Shown piece after piece: positions 13,653-26,299 of a stretch of DNA of 64,000 nucleotides. A program made the translations under genes and the position numbers. The notes under the pieces are model-generated. The model was not told the origin of the DNA and searched no databases. It was given only the letters and a program-made list of their open reading frames with translations. Every line of letters begins with the position of its first letter. Position 1 is the first letter of the stretch. This DNA is from Isurus oxyrinchus (lineage: Eukaryota), in the NCBI GenBank assembly GCA_026770705.1, contig JANJGN010000062.1, positions 1,488,001 through 1,552,000 on the forward strand, read 5' to 3'.

Positions 13653-13871
13653 AAAACAAAAACAGAATTACCTGGAAAAACTCAGCAGGTCTGGCAGCAT
13701 CGGCGGAGAAGAAAACAGTTGACGTTTCGAGTCTTCATGACCCTTCGACAGAACCTTCTTTTCTTCTCTTCTTTTCTTCTCCGCCGATGCTGCCAGACCT
13801 GCTGAGTTTTTCCAGGTAATTCTGTTTTTGTTTTGGATTTCCAGCATCTGCAGTTTTTTTGTTTTTATCTC
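13653..13871. mobile_element. Penelope-derived fold-back insertion with 14-bp TSD
   Basis: Two inverted copies of aaaacaaaaacagaattacctggaaaaactcagcaggtctggcagcatcggcggagaagaaaa. Direct repeat tattgagaattaac at 13639-13652 and 13872-13885. Confidence 0.9.
13717..13754 (-). ncRNA. Minimal type I hammerhead-ribozyme-like motif (A6U variant)
   Basis: Minus strand GTT-CTGTCGA-A-GGGTC-ATGAA-GACTC-GAAAC-GTC-AAC: helix I (GTT/AAC), CUGANGA-like box, helix II, GAAA box, GUC cleavage triplet, no helix III. Activity untested. Confidence 0.6.
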
Positions 13872-15179
13872 TATTGAGAATTAACGTTCGCTGGGCGAAG
13901 AGATAAATGCACATGCAAGAAATGTTATTTCTTAAAAGCAACAACGAGGTTGTTTTGTCCTTCTTTGAACCAAAGGGTTGCAAGAACATTATGCTAACAA
14001 AATTCGCAAAGGCCAAAGTTCCCATTGTTATCGGAAGGTAGAATCTCTGTCGTTGTTCTGAAGAAATAATCTCGGAATTTGTGATTTCTCCTGTTCCCCA
14101 CTCCCAATAAAACAACCGATGCAGCCTCAACATCAAGTTCATCTTGCTAACATGTCAACATTTTTGCAGGAGTTCTGGAGAATACGCCATCTGAGAGATC
14201 AACTTCTCACTATATATAGCCCCTCCGACATTCTATCGATGGTACGTTGCCCTCATGACCCCGTTCGTTCTTGTTGACATTGTGACCTGTCGGTTTCTTG
14301 GTCACTTTCGATTTGTTAGTTTCACACCATTGACAGAGCGTTAACCTTTTCCAAAAGGTGTTAGTTTTTTTAAAATTTTACCTGAATAACCTTCTAGTCT
14401 CTCTAAATTCCAAATTTGCTGTTTTGTAGAACATTTGACACTGATTCCAGCCCTCAGATGGATTGCTGCACCTCCTTGCAAAATTCCCAGTTTTCCTTCT
14501 CCCACTTCAAATGATCCCATTATTCGCTGGCGCTACCGCATTCTGAAAGATTAACCTCACGGTTCTGTCAAAGCCTAACACAAGAATGGGGATTTGGGGG
14601 GCAATCTTTGCTGTCAGTGTAGAGTTGCTAAGGGCGTGTGAGGCTTTCCTGTAGTTGAAGTAAGTCACGCACTTTGGGCATTACAGAATGCAGAACGACA
14701 GAATGCCAGCCACATTGGTCCTGCTCAATTATCCTGCATGAAATCTTGAACCGCCTTCATCCAGACCTAAAGAAGGACCATATAGAATCGAAATGTTGAC
14801 TCTCTCCACAGATGTTCTCGGGTCTGCTGGGTTTTTCCAGCAATTTATCTACTGATGTTGCCAAAATCCAACGCCTTCTTTTTATTTTCTCCTTTAGTTT
14901 TAAACTACCAGCAAGTACATATCCAATACATCCTGTACAATTTTTTTAATGCTCCATATTGATTGACTCTTGCACCGTATCACAACACAGTAGAATTCCA
15001 TTAATATGTGTGACATATCCATTGTTGAATAACCTGCCCCAGTAACCTTGTGTCACCTTTCCAGGAAAAACTGACTAGGCTAAAATATTTCTGCCGAAAG
15101 CCTGCGCCTAATTAGAATGTATAAGTCATGAGTGTGATGCAATAGTTTGTAATTGTCTGAGTAATGGAAGTCGCAACAA

Positions 15180-15570
15180 TGCTCAAGGAATTCCACATAA
15201 TCTGCATTACAGGAACGCCCTTGATTAGCTGTCCAAGCATCTCCTATATCAGTCGCTATCGCATTTACAAGATTCACTGCAACAACATGCCAAGTGTCTT
15301 TCAGCAGCTCTTTCCAGACTGGCGAGCGTAAATGCCTCGCTGAACATGAGCAGCAGGCGAATGGTAGTACCACAAACTTAAGGTTCCCCCCAACACCCCA
15401 CACGCCAAAACTCCACGCCAGTCACAATGCTGACTTGGAACTATATCGATTTTCCTTCACTGCATTTGCTTCCCTCCTTAACATTATGATGCGTTTAAGT
15501 GAACCTCAGACATTGCTGGGCTTCAAAAAGACGATTTGGAACAGTTTTATCTAGGGAAGCTGGTGCCGGG
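15180..15570 (+). mobile_element. 3' fragment of a second non-LTR retrotransposon lineage (same family as 39890-41230)
   Basis: Degenerate similarity to the 3' part of 40780-41230 and 26390-26830. Confidence 0.6.
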
Positions 15571-18500
15571 CAACAATTGCTGGCAGATCTAATGACTACA
15601 TATCCCGGGAGCCACAGAGAAACAAATACAGGCAAGGATGTCACGGAACATATCCTAAATTATGAAGTGATGAGCAGTTCCTTGCACGGGAATTTAACTC
15701 CCAGAATGAGACTTAGGGCCACGGATTATGTAGATCGTTAACATTGATTACAGGACTAATATAAGGGTTATAAATCCAGCTAACACAAAATGTTAATTAA
15801 TATATTTTTCTCATGAGGGATTATTCGCTAGGTAGTGATGAAAACAGTTCCCAAGCTATGAGGCCTGATTTCAATAGCTGTCACAAACTGCACGGTAGAA
15901 TTGCGAGCAAAATGAATTAAAAAAGAAATTATTCGTGTTATGTTCTCCATTAAGCTCAGGACTGATGAGGCTCGCAATCTACTATTGCAAATTTAAAATA
16001 TATATATATTTCCCACCCAATGAATTTATGTTGGATTAATAGTTACTAACGTTAGAAAACTACTAACCATTTTTCCAATACTTACAAAACTGAATAACGT
16101 TTTCATGCATTCTGGATACAAATGAGTTTAAAATCCTGATACAAAGTGACATGGAGTATAACGAAATTGAGAATGGAGACCTGATATCTCATTAAATACA
16201 AGATGATCCTATGTAAAAAAATGTTGGGTATATGGAAACTTGATTTTAATTTTAGAATCTCCGTAAAAAAAAGTCAAAAAATTTTCATCGGTTAATTCCC
16301 GGGAAGATGTGAGATCTTTCAGTCTCCTCATTTTTCAGCGTGCAGATGGTACTTATTATAACCTTAATTATACTTTCAAAGCCAATATTGACCTATCTCG
16401 TTTTAAGTTAACTTTTTGCCAAATTTACAGGCATTCCCAGAAGTCCCAAGCTGAAAACACGATTTATAGTCTTTCCGCTCATTACAACTCACATTATTCA
16501 CACAGCACTATCACTGATGAATATATTTTTGAAAAATGTGTGTGTTATTTCAGTTGGCAGCAACTGCAAAATTAACTTGGTTTCTACAGTCAGTGAGTGA
16601 ACTTACATCTCAGAATGTGATACATGCTATTTTAAGAATGACGGCGAGAATAGCGTGCACGGCCTTGTGCCGTAAATTCAGCAACTTAATAAACACATGG
16701 AACAGTAAAAAATAAACTTGACACACTGGTACATTTTCTCTAGAGGCCTTGTCACCTGGGGAAAGAGATAGGCACAATCACATCAAATATATATTCCTCT
16801 TTCTAAGGTGCAAGGCAGAAGGACCCAGTTTAAAAGTTTCTCAGATTAATAACTCGGTGTATATATTTGGCGCTGTTTGTTTCTACTCTTATTCTTTGTG
16901 GCTACATATTATATGTATTATTGCACTGTCTGTAGTCCCAAAACGAGAATAATTTGTCAACGATGTCAAGGGGAATTTGAAGATGACTCTATATAAGGGA
17001 ATATTGGAAAGATTTAAGGTTCAAACAGCTGAACTGAGGGATAAAGCAAACTATTGATATTGAAATAACCTTAAATCTAAAGTTATTGTGAATCTTCATT
17101 GGCTAAATTTATTGCAGTTCATTGTTGTCACAGTTGGTGAAATGCTTAATTGAAGAGTTAGTTGCTTGATTACCAATATCACCAATAACAGAGAACAACA
17201 TTATTACTTGTGCGATTTTTCCAATTTTCCACGAACTTGTACCTCGGAAAAAGTCCGCTCTGGAATCATTCCCTAAATAAAGCAGAAATGCACTTGCACC
17301 ATTTTCAGTAAACATTGCCAATCATTTGAATTGAATAATGTTGCCATCATTCAGCGTGAGTCTTGGAGAGAAGTGGATACCACAGAGATATTTGTGGTAA
17401 AAAATATGTTTTCTAAAGAAGAGCAATTAGTATTGAAGATGGCTGTGTGCATTCCTAAAGCAGTTCGCAGGCTGTAGAATCACAGAGCACTCGCTGTTTG
17501 GTTTGGTGTTCTGCTGATCAGACAGGAACACCAGTCGTTGTGGTTACACCTGCACGAGCATCTTAGTAGCTGCTCGCTTCTAATATTGACTTAATGCTAC
17601 TGGGCATTGAACATGTCCAAGCCAATGAATCGGCACAGCACATCTGGGTAACATCACCAATTCAGGAGAAAAAAAAAAACAGAATGTTGCCGGCAAATAA
17701 TCCTAACCACTATCATAAATAGTTCGTCAGAGAACAAAATGTCGGTAACCTGTCGAGAGAATCTGACGTATGAAACACACATTGCGTTTGCCTTGGTGGG
17801 TTTAACAAACTATTGCATTTTCTGAGGATGTGGAAATCTACAGCCATAACGTGGGAAGTTTCCAACTCCACCACCCCCCTCAGCAAACCCCTCACACCAG
17901 CCTCCACTCTGCAATGCCCTCGAACTACTGACCGTTTAGGATTCTGTTGAAAAATAAAAAAAAATCAGTAAAGGCTGACTCCACAGAGCAGTCCTTGGGC
18001 ACCCCTTTACAAAGAGTATTTGGATCTGGACTAAAAGAGCATGTCTATTTTGTTTGGATGCGGGATATTTTAATGAATAATGCGTCAGCATATATGTATT
18101 CTTTCAGTTTTAATTCTAACACATGGCTTAGATATGATGACAAGTGACAACAACTGGGGGATGTCTGAGATGTTAGGTCATTTTCAGAGCACTAGGTTAG
18201 CTTTTTCTGCATTGTATTCATATATTAGTGAGGGGTGAGTTGATGGGCGTTGGTCACTTTGTTAACTGTCGAATGCTTAATCAGTTCCTGCGTGCTCAGA
18301 AAATTGAAGATTTGGATATTGAGCTGAATTTTGTGGTGTTATGAGGTATAATTAATATATTATCTGCTGGCTATTGTACAGTCGTGTATGCGTTGAGTCA
18401 TTTTTTGTTGGCTCAGCAAGGATTCATTGTTATTATGTGTTATTTGCATATCTAGGTTGGTGTAACTTATCTGTTTTGCACCTATCAATATACCATCAAA

Positions 18501-18754
18501 TTGTATTACACAGAATACCCCCAAGCAAGATTAAATTTGTTAATTTTTGTTTTGCTTCATCAGTGTTTCTACATAATGCTGAAGGATTTAATGTTTCACT
18601 TCTGATGACGGCTGTAATTCCGAACTATGAGACAGTTCCCCAATAACACACACCTTCGGAGTAGTAATGTATAGCAGCTTCCAATAAAAATCAACGACCA
18701 ATCATTATCACTCCGAGTCTTCTGTACCCCTGGCGGGTTATATATCAGGTGATA

Positions 18755-19345
18755 AAAACAAAAAAAAAAAAACTGCGGATGCTGGAAATCCAAAACAAAA
18801 ACAGAATTACCTGGAAAAACTCAGCAGGTCTGGCAGCATCGGCGGAGAAGAAAAGAGTTGATGTTTTGAGTCCTCATGACCCTTCGACAGAACTTGAGTT
18901 CGAGTCCAAGAAAGAGCTGAAATATAAGCTGGTTTAAGGTGTGTGTGTGTGTGTGTGTGAGGGGGATGGGGGGGGGGGGGGGGGGGGGGGTCGGTGGGGG
19001 GAGAGAGAGAGAGAGAGAGAAGTGGAGGGGGTTGGTGTGGTTGTAGGGACAAACAAGCAGTGATAGAAGCATATCATCAAAAGATGTGAATCTTTTGATG
19101 ATCTGCTTCTATCACTGCTTGTTTGTCCCTACAACCACACCAACCCCCTCCACTTCTCTCTCTCTCTCTCTCTCCACCCCCCACACGCACACACACACAC
19201 CTTAATCCAGCTTATATTTCAACTCTTTCTTGGACTTGAACTCAAGTTCTGTCAAAGGGTCATGAGGACTCGACAAGTCAACTCTTTTCTTCTCCGCCGA
19301 TGCTGCCAGACCTGCTGAGTTTTTCCAGGTAATTCTGTTTTTGTT
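18755..19345. mobile_element. Penelope-derived ~590-bp near-perfect palindrome with 17-bp TSD
   Basis: Arms about 18792-19085 and 19090-19345 are reverse complements around a 4-nt GTGA loop. Direct repeat ttatatatcaggtgata at 18738-18754 and 19346-19362. Confidence 0.92.
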
Positions 19346-20999
19346 TTATATATCAGGTGATATTGCTACTTTGAAGACTATGTGGCGTTTACAGAGAACA
19401 AAATTATCAATGTTGTTTCATATTCAATGTCGCCAATTGTTACTCATTTACTCCCACTTTAGCAAACATCTGTTCCTCAATAGAGACACAACCAAAGTAT
19501 TAGTTTAGTACAACAAGGATTCCCTCTGCCGACAATGGACTGTCTCTTTGGTAGTCGGAACCACACTTCAAAGGCCATTAAGTGAATGTAACTAACGTCC
19601 AAACCATTTTCTCCTTACTCCTCAATAGTACCGAGCTGTCGGTTGAAGGCGGGCGATGACTTTGCCTGATGTGCATACCGTTTTCTAATCGGTCCACAAT
19701 TGTCCCCGGCTTTCTTTCGAAGGCTGTGCGACGACCTTGCCTTTGTTCACATAGTTTTAGCTTGTTTTTTTTTAATTGGCGGTTGATGATTCAAAATGCT
19801 AATGCAGAGCATTCGTACGCCCGTCTCATTGCTGTGAGTCAGCCTGTATAAAATGAGTAAGATTTAATGAGAGAGTCTATTCAGTTAATGTGTTCATATC
19901 AAACCTATGGATTGATTTATTATATTACTGATAGATAGATCTGATTGCTATTTGAGAACTCAGTGTTACCGGATATTTTATAGGGTCTTTTTCTTTCAGC
20001 TGAATGAGTCATATAATGGACCTTAAATTTGTATTTAGTGATTATTCGCTATATTGGAATAGTTCTGTTAATCGATAATGCATCACTCTGCAGGTTTTCT
20101 TTTATTTCATTTTTATTTTTAAATGAGTACAATGTTAAGTACATCGGCAGCGGGTCGGATTGATATTCTTGAGCCACTTTGTTGTTTTTGGGTCAGTTTG
20201 CCATTGTTCATAGGCTTATGTCGCTAACACGTTAACTGGAACAGTGTCAGTTTACGAGTGTTCCGTAACATCATTGGTACATATTGCGGGTTCACAATAC
20301 GTGAGTTGGGCCAGTGCAGCTTGATTTTAATAGACTTGCTTATTTTTTTATTTCAACGGATAAGAATGTGTCTTAATGGATTATTTTGTGCTGGAAGAAC
20401 GACATTTACACCTTTTAGATTGCTGGAAATTAACGTTGTTTTATCGGGTTGAAGAGGGTTGGTTTGTGGGGAATTTTCCCTATTTGCAGAGTGAGGCAGT
20501 TAATTCTCAGCGGGTTAGTTCAATGGCAGTCGGGTAGCTAATGTCTCTGTGTTAGTTTGGAAGTGATCGAAAATTTTAAATCCAGTCGATTATGTTCTTA
20601 AAATGGGGCAGCGGATCAGCAGGCCGGCAATTTCCTGCTCTTCAATCAGCTTGGGACGTGGATAACCTTTTGGGTTTTTGTTTGCTTTGTAAACACATGG
20701 CCAAAACGTTAGTATTGCGCAGGTTTGAAGGTTTTGAATCACTTTGGAGGATGATTACTTATTTGCCAGGTTTCCGGTTACTTTCTAATCACAATGTTAC
20801 TTTATACGCCATGTTGCCAGCATATGGCCGAGTGTTACTGTATAGTCACAATGTCAGTTAATTGAGTTTTGGCTTTTCTATGAGTTTGGATTATAATCAC
20901 AAAGTTAATCAACTTGTAGTTTTGTGTGTGTGTGTTCAGTCATTGACAGCAACACATTATCCATAAAATGGCAAATTGACGCACTCAATATGGCATACT

Positions 21000-23900
21000 T
21001 GTCTGGCATAGGACCTCTATCTTGCAGAATCTGAGTACCAACTGTCAGGCATTTCTTCTACACCCCATCTGGACCATAACCACATCAAACGGTACAATCA
21101 AGTGGTAGTTTCCAGGCCTGCCACCGAACTCAAATGCAAGGAATGCCTTCCCACTACAGCCTCCAAACTCATGGTACCCCAACTCTGTACCACCGACCTT
21201 TCCCTACTTCATATAATCCTCTCAAAAAGGACTGTCCTATGATACCCATTTACTCCACCTTTGCCTACCTCGGTGAAAGTATTTCTTCATATTTGTCTAG
21301 ATTTTGCTTCCCATGATGCAGAAGTCTCCTAAACAGCTTCGTGATAACTCCGTCGCCCTCAAACTCATCATTAATTTCCAGTTCCTAATTGCCACACTTC
21401 ACAATGTACATCCTATCCCTCCAGTCCTGCATCTGCCACACTGGCACTTTGATGCTCTCAATTTCTTCAATGACCAGAGGCCCGAACAGTCCATATCCAC
21501 CCACGTCCATCGCAGCCGGGCTGAACTTTATCTCTCACTGAGAAAACAAACGTTAAATTGTTTTTACTTTCCTTTCATCAAATAAGAATCACAGAGTCAC
21601 ACAGCTAAAACATTGCATTGAGGAACATTCGGCCCATCGTGACTGCTTTGGCACTCTAGGCATTTTAATTTAGTGCAAATCTCCTGTCCATTCCCCGTAA
21701 ACCTTTTCGTTTGAGAATGTCCCTAATGGAAGGACGGTAGTGAAGGTAACGTCACACAGGATCAGAATTCAGCTGGCAAGATGGATACAGAATTGGGTTG
21801 GTCATAGAAGGCAGACTATAGCAGTGGAAGGGTGCTTATATGAATGGAGAACGGTGACTAGTGGTGCTCCAAAAGAATCGGTTCTGGGACCTTTTTCTTT
21901 TTGCAGTATACGAAAATGGTTTGAAGGAAACTGTAACTGGCCTAATTAGTAAGGTTGCGATGAGATTAAGTTTGGAGGAGTTGCAGATCGTGAAGAGGTT
22001 TGTCAAAGGATTCCACAGGATATAGATCTTTTGGAGACATGAGCGAAGAATTGGCAGATGGAGTTAGTCTGTGCAATTGTGAGGTCATGCATTGTGGAAG
22101 GAATGATACAAGTAGGAATTATAGAGCAAATGGCAGAAACCTTGAGTGCATCGACGGGCAGAGGGATGTGGTTATACTGGTCCACAGGTCACTGAAAGTG
22201 GCAACGCAGGTCCACAAGGTAGTTAGGAAGGCATATGCCATGCTTGGCTTCATTGGCAGAGGTATTGAGTGTTAAGGTTGGGTAGTCATGCTGCAGATGT
22301 ATAGAACCTTGGTTAGACCACACTTGGCATATTGCGTGCAATTCTGGTCGCCACATTACCAGATGGATACGGAGGCATTGGAGAAGCTGCATTGTAGGTT
22401 TACCAGGAAGTTGCTGGCCTGGACATAATTAACTATGAGATGAGCTTGTAGAAACTCGGATTGTTCTCACAAGAGCGATGGAAATTGAGGGGTGACTTGA
22501 TAGAAATTTATACAATTCTGATTGGCATGGACAAAGCAGATAGACAGAAGCGTTTTCCCAGGGTGGAAGATTCAATTACTAGGGCACATGGATTTAGGGT
22601 GAGAGGAGAATACCATAGAGGAAACGTGCGAAGCAAGGTTTCTTTACGGATAGGATAGTGAATGTCTGGAATGTACTGCCAGAGGAGCTGGTGGAAGCAG
22701 GCACGATAGTGGTGTTTAAGAGGCAGCTGGACAAATACACGAATAGGTTGGAAATAGAGAGATACAGAAACCAGAATTGCTAAATGTTTTACTTTGACAG
22801 GCAATATGATGGACGCAGGCTTGGAAGGCCGAAGTGCCTGTTCCTCTGTGGTGTTTTTCTTTGTTCTTTGTTCTTTGCGGTTTCTATTGAAATAAACATC
22901 CAATAACGTCTTGAACGCCTCGATTGAACCTGCCAAAGCAACACTTCCATGCTGTGCATACAAAACCCTAATTTTTCACTGTTTGAAAAAGCTTTTTGCT
23001 CACTTCAGATTTGCACTCATATAGGTGGGGTTATAGGTGGCAGCATGGACCCGAATTACATCTGACTTTTTCGGGGGTGGTCATGTTCTATGTTTCTAAA
23101 TAAACTCCTAATCAGTCCCAATCCCAGAATTGATTCTTTTTTCTGGAACATTGATGACAGTTTTGCTGCCACTTTATGCTTTCTTCTGGACCATGGGGAA
23201 AATAAAAACAATCAAATTTGCATGCAATTGCAGACCTTTCTCACCTCCACATCTTGCAACTCCGATTCTTTCCTTCCACGACTTTTCTGTCTCAATTGCT
23301 GGTGATCGGCTGTGTACAAATATTATAGACAAACCCACCGATTTCCATAGCTACCTCGGCTGTACGTACTCACATCCTGCTTTCCAATATCCAACACTCC
23401 TGCCTCAAACATATCTCATGATGCTAGATTTCACAATAAAAATCCCAAATTGACTTCCTTCTTCCCCTGCCAAGCAAGCTCCCACCTTTTGGCCCCTTGA
23501 CCATGTCCGACGCATATCCAGAATTTCTGCATTCATTATTTTCCCTCCCTTTCTGAAGCCATGTGGTTGCCTATGCCCTCCTTCTCCATCCCAGCAGCCT
23601 GCATCACATACACGAAATGTAGCATGAGGTCAGGAGCAAACTTATCATCCCTTCTCTAATCTGGCGTCATTCCAAAGGAACATTTCTCTCTGTAACCACT
23701 TGGATCAAACAACTAGCACCATTAAACCTTCATTGCCGTTCACCTGCATTCTCACTTGCAATAGCTGGAGGTGTAATACCTCGAAATTTACGTCCTACCT
23801 CTTTACCATTAAAGCCTCAAGAAATCCCTCCAGGTGAAGCCATGATTTACTTATACTTCCTTCAAAGTAGTCTACTATATTTGCTGCACAAAACGCTATG

Positions 23901-24620
23901 TCGTCTACATTGGGAAGGCCGAGACCAAAATGAGTGTACTCTTTGCGAAAATAAATGAATGTTCTACGTCAGACATGAACCTTACCTTCTTGCTGCTTGC
24001 TATGTCACTTCACCAGCTTTGCTCTCATGCTCAAATTTCCATCTTCCGTCTGTGGGAATCTTTCAATGTAGGACAATGGAGGCTGGAAGGACACCTTCTT
24101 TGCAGTTAGGCAGTTGAAAGCCTGTTGGACTCAGCATTGAGTTTAACATCTTCAGGCAAAGAATTTTGTTCATTTTTTTCTGATGTAATTCTACACACGT
24201 GCAAGTCTGTAACTTGTTTCTTTGTTGTTGTTGTTGTTTTCAGTCAGAGCTAGCGCGTTTGTTTTGCCATTTTCTGCTAATTCGTTATTCTGGCTCAGGC
24301 AGTGCTCACATTTATTGTGCTATCGGTGTCTGGTCTCGAACTAATTATTAAACCTCAGCATTTCCTTGTCGTTCCCATTGTCTTGTGTTTCAGTACATTT
24401 TCCTAATGATATTTCTCGTGCCCTCTCACATGTTCCTGACCTCTCAATTTGTACTCCTGTCCCTTCTTTGCCTGCCCCTTCTTTTTTTATTAAAACAACA
24501 TTAAACTGATCAGATTTCCACCTCTGTCCTGTTCCTAAGCAATAAGTAATATTGGACTCCTAATTTTATCTATGTTTCCCTCTTCCCAGGTACTGACCAT
24601 GAGGTATCTTTTCACGTATT
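21000..24620 (+). mobile_element. Decayed Penelope-like element (RT + GIY-YIG), split by nested CR1 insertions
   Basis: Remnants FFWNIDD (RT YIDD-like), IIDKPTDFHSYLGCTYSHP, and a GIY-YIG-like VVYYICCTKRYVVYIG near 23867-23915. Terminal-repeat-like end at about 24530-24620. Confidence 0.75.
21730..22875 (+). mobile_element. CR1 LINE 3' RT fragment
   Basis: WIQNWVGHRRQTIAVEG...WRTVTSGAPKESVLGP; VVRKAYAMLGFIGRGIE; 3' tail with ttctttg repeats. Confidence 0.88.
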
Positions 24621-26299
24621 TTCAGCTGTTATTAAAATCGCAATATGATATGCTCTTCAATATTTATCCTGTTGACGTGATATAAGTTGACCATAAAACA
24701 AAATAACGTAACTGTTTTTCATGTGTGATAACAGTGGTTTGGTCGTATTTTGAAAGATGCTTTCTGAAGTTACGTTGATCGTATGATATCAGGAGTAGAT
24801 AGAATTGTCGCTCTGATGTAATACTTGCTCGGCAATGGTGAAGTGATGAAAACCTGAGGTGGACAAGTGAGCAGTATTTGAGGATTCGAAAGATTTTCGC
24901 CCATATTTTTTTTGTAACGGGTAGAGGCCAAAATGAAATAAGGCCACATGTAGGAAACAACTTCATTCAGAGAAAATCTTGTTAGAAGAGACAGTAGACC
25001 GAAGGAGAAGGTGGCAGTGGCGTAGATAGCTACTTTTCACTCTTACTGATGCAGCCTTCCTCCACAAGGAGGACTCCTCCCCATTCATGGATACACGCAG
25101 CCTCCTTCGGCACCACCCACACAGTTAAACATTAACAACACAAAGATGTCTCTCCACATAGATCTGCCACCTCTCCCACTCTTACACAGAAACAGCCACA
25201 GGCTGAGTTTCTTCACCAATAACAGACTCCGCATGCATGCAAATTCAGAGCAAGAATAGGTGATCAGACAACCTAAATCATCACTGATGTTATTGTGGAC
25301 TCTACTCCACATTTCACTTAACCTGATCGGCTTCGGCTCCCTTCTTAGTTATGTATGCATTTACATCTGCCTTAAAAAAAAATTGCACAGGCCCCGACGC
25401 CTCGTTTGGTTGGGCAAGAGAGATCGAAATGCTCATCAAGATCTGAGAGAAACATTCGTCACACTTGTGTCTTAAATCTGAGAATCCATGTTCTTTAACT
25501 GATCCACCAAGTTCTAGACTTGCCCAAGAGGACAGACGTCCATTCACCATTCACCCTGTCAAGTTCTGTCAGGATCTTATATGTGTAAGTCAAATCATCT
25601 CTCTTTCTTCGAAATTGGATCCTGCCCAAGACTGTTCAAACTTTCTACGTATGCTAACTTGCATTTCCCCATCCGCTCCAAAACAATTAACATATCAATG
25701 TTAGTTGCCTTCTTTTCAAAGTATGCAGTAATTGCAGAAAATTGGGTGTGCAAAACATAATTTAAAAGTTTGCCAAAAACAGAAACGCTTGAAGGGTTAC
25801 TTTGTTAAGACGATTGAGGTTAGTTTATTGAGAACCATGTGTATATTTTAAAGTGGATCCGAGGCAGAGAGGGCTGTTTTGTTCCAATAAATATGTCAAT
25901 CTGACAGACTTAGATGTTGAATCATACAGTCCTTCTGTTTTACAGGAAGAGTGATGAAGCTTAAGGGAAAAGACAGTCATGACAAACATGTGAGCAGCAA
26001 TACTTCAGATTCAGCTGTAGTGTTGTGCGCAGTGTTTAACAGAACACAATAAGAATGACATGAAGGTATTACAGAGGAAGCACAGACTTGGTTCAAAGTG
26101 GAGGAATTCAATTATCTGATTAGGTGTGTGAAATTTGATCTGTTCTCCTTGAAGAGGAGGTGATTAATTGGAGTTATGATATTGGTGTTCATAACAATGT
26201 GGATCCTGTGCATTCTGTACAGGGAGAAAGTGTTCTCCTTCGCTAAGTTTATGGACGCTGGGATTAAAGCAAAGGCGAGCACTTCTGATCTCCAACACA

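Larger units (their letters stand above)
7260..14250. repeat. Segmental tandem-duplication unit homologous to about 57100-63950
   Basis: Colinear intronic similarity, e.g. 8121 aagcagctggtatttcattggg vs 57889 acagctggtatttcattggc; 11411 ggttctccccaagtttaagatgg vs 61104 ggtgttccccaagtttaagatga; 13592 cacctgatggattttcctgactgc vs 63543 tacctgatggatcagcctgactgc. Confidence 0.9.

Noticed and set aside
13735-14142. ORFs ending KTADAGNPKQKQNYLEKLSRSGSIGGEE (also 18749-19072)
   Set aside because: Chance translation of the Penelope terminal repeat.
16082-16106. Short ATG...GTAAGT candidate leader exon (MKTLFSF / MHENVIQF)
   Set aside because: Too short and not signal-peptide-like; could arise by chance.
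18961-19000. Poly-G run as a functional G-quadruplex
   Set aside because: It is part of a slipped microsatellite in one arm of the palindrome, and homopolymer length is unreliable.
19400-20900. T-rich stretch, possibly an old inverted retroelement
   Set aside because: No diagnostic motif could be read.
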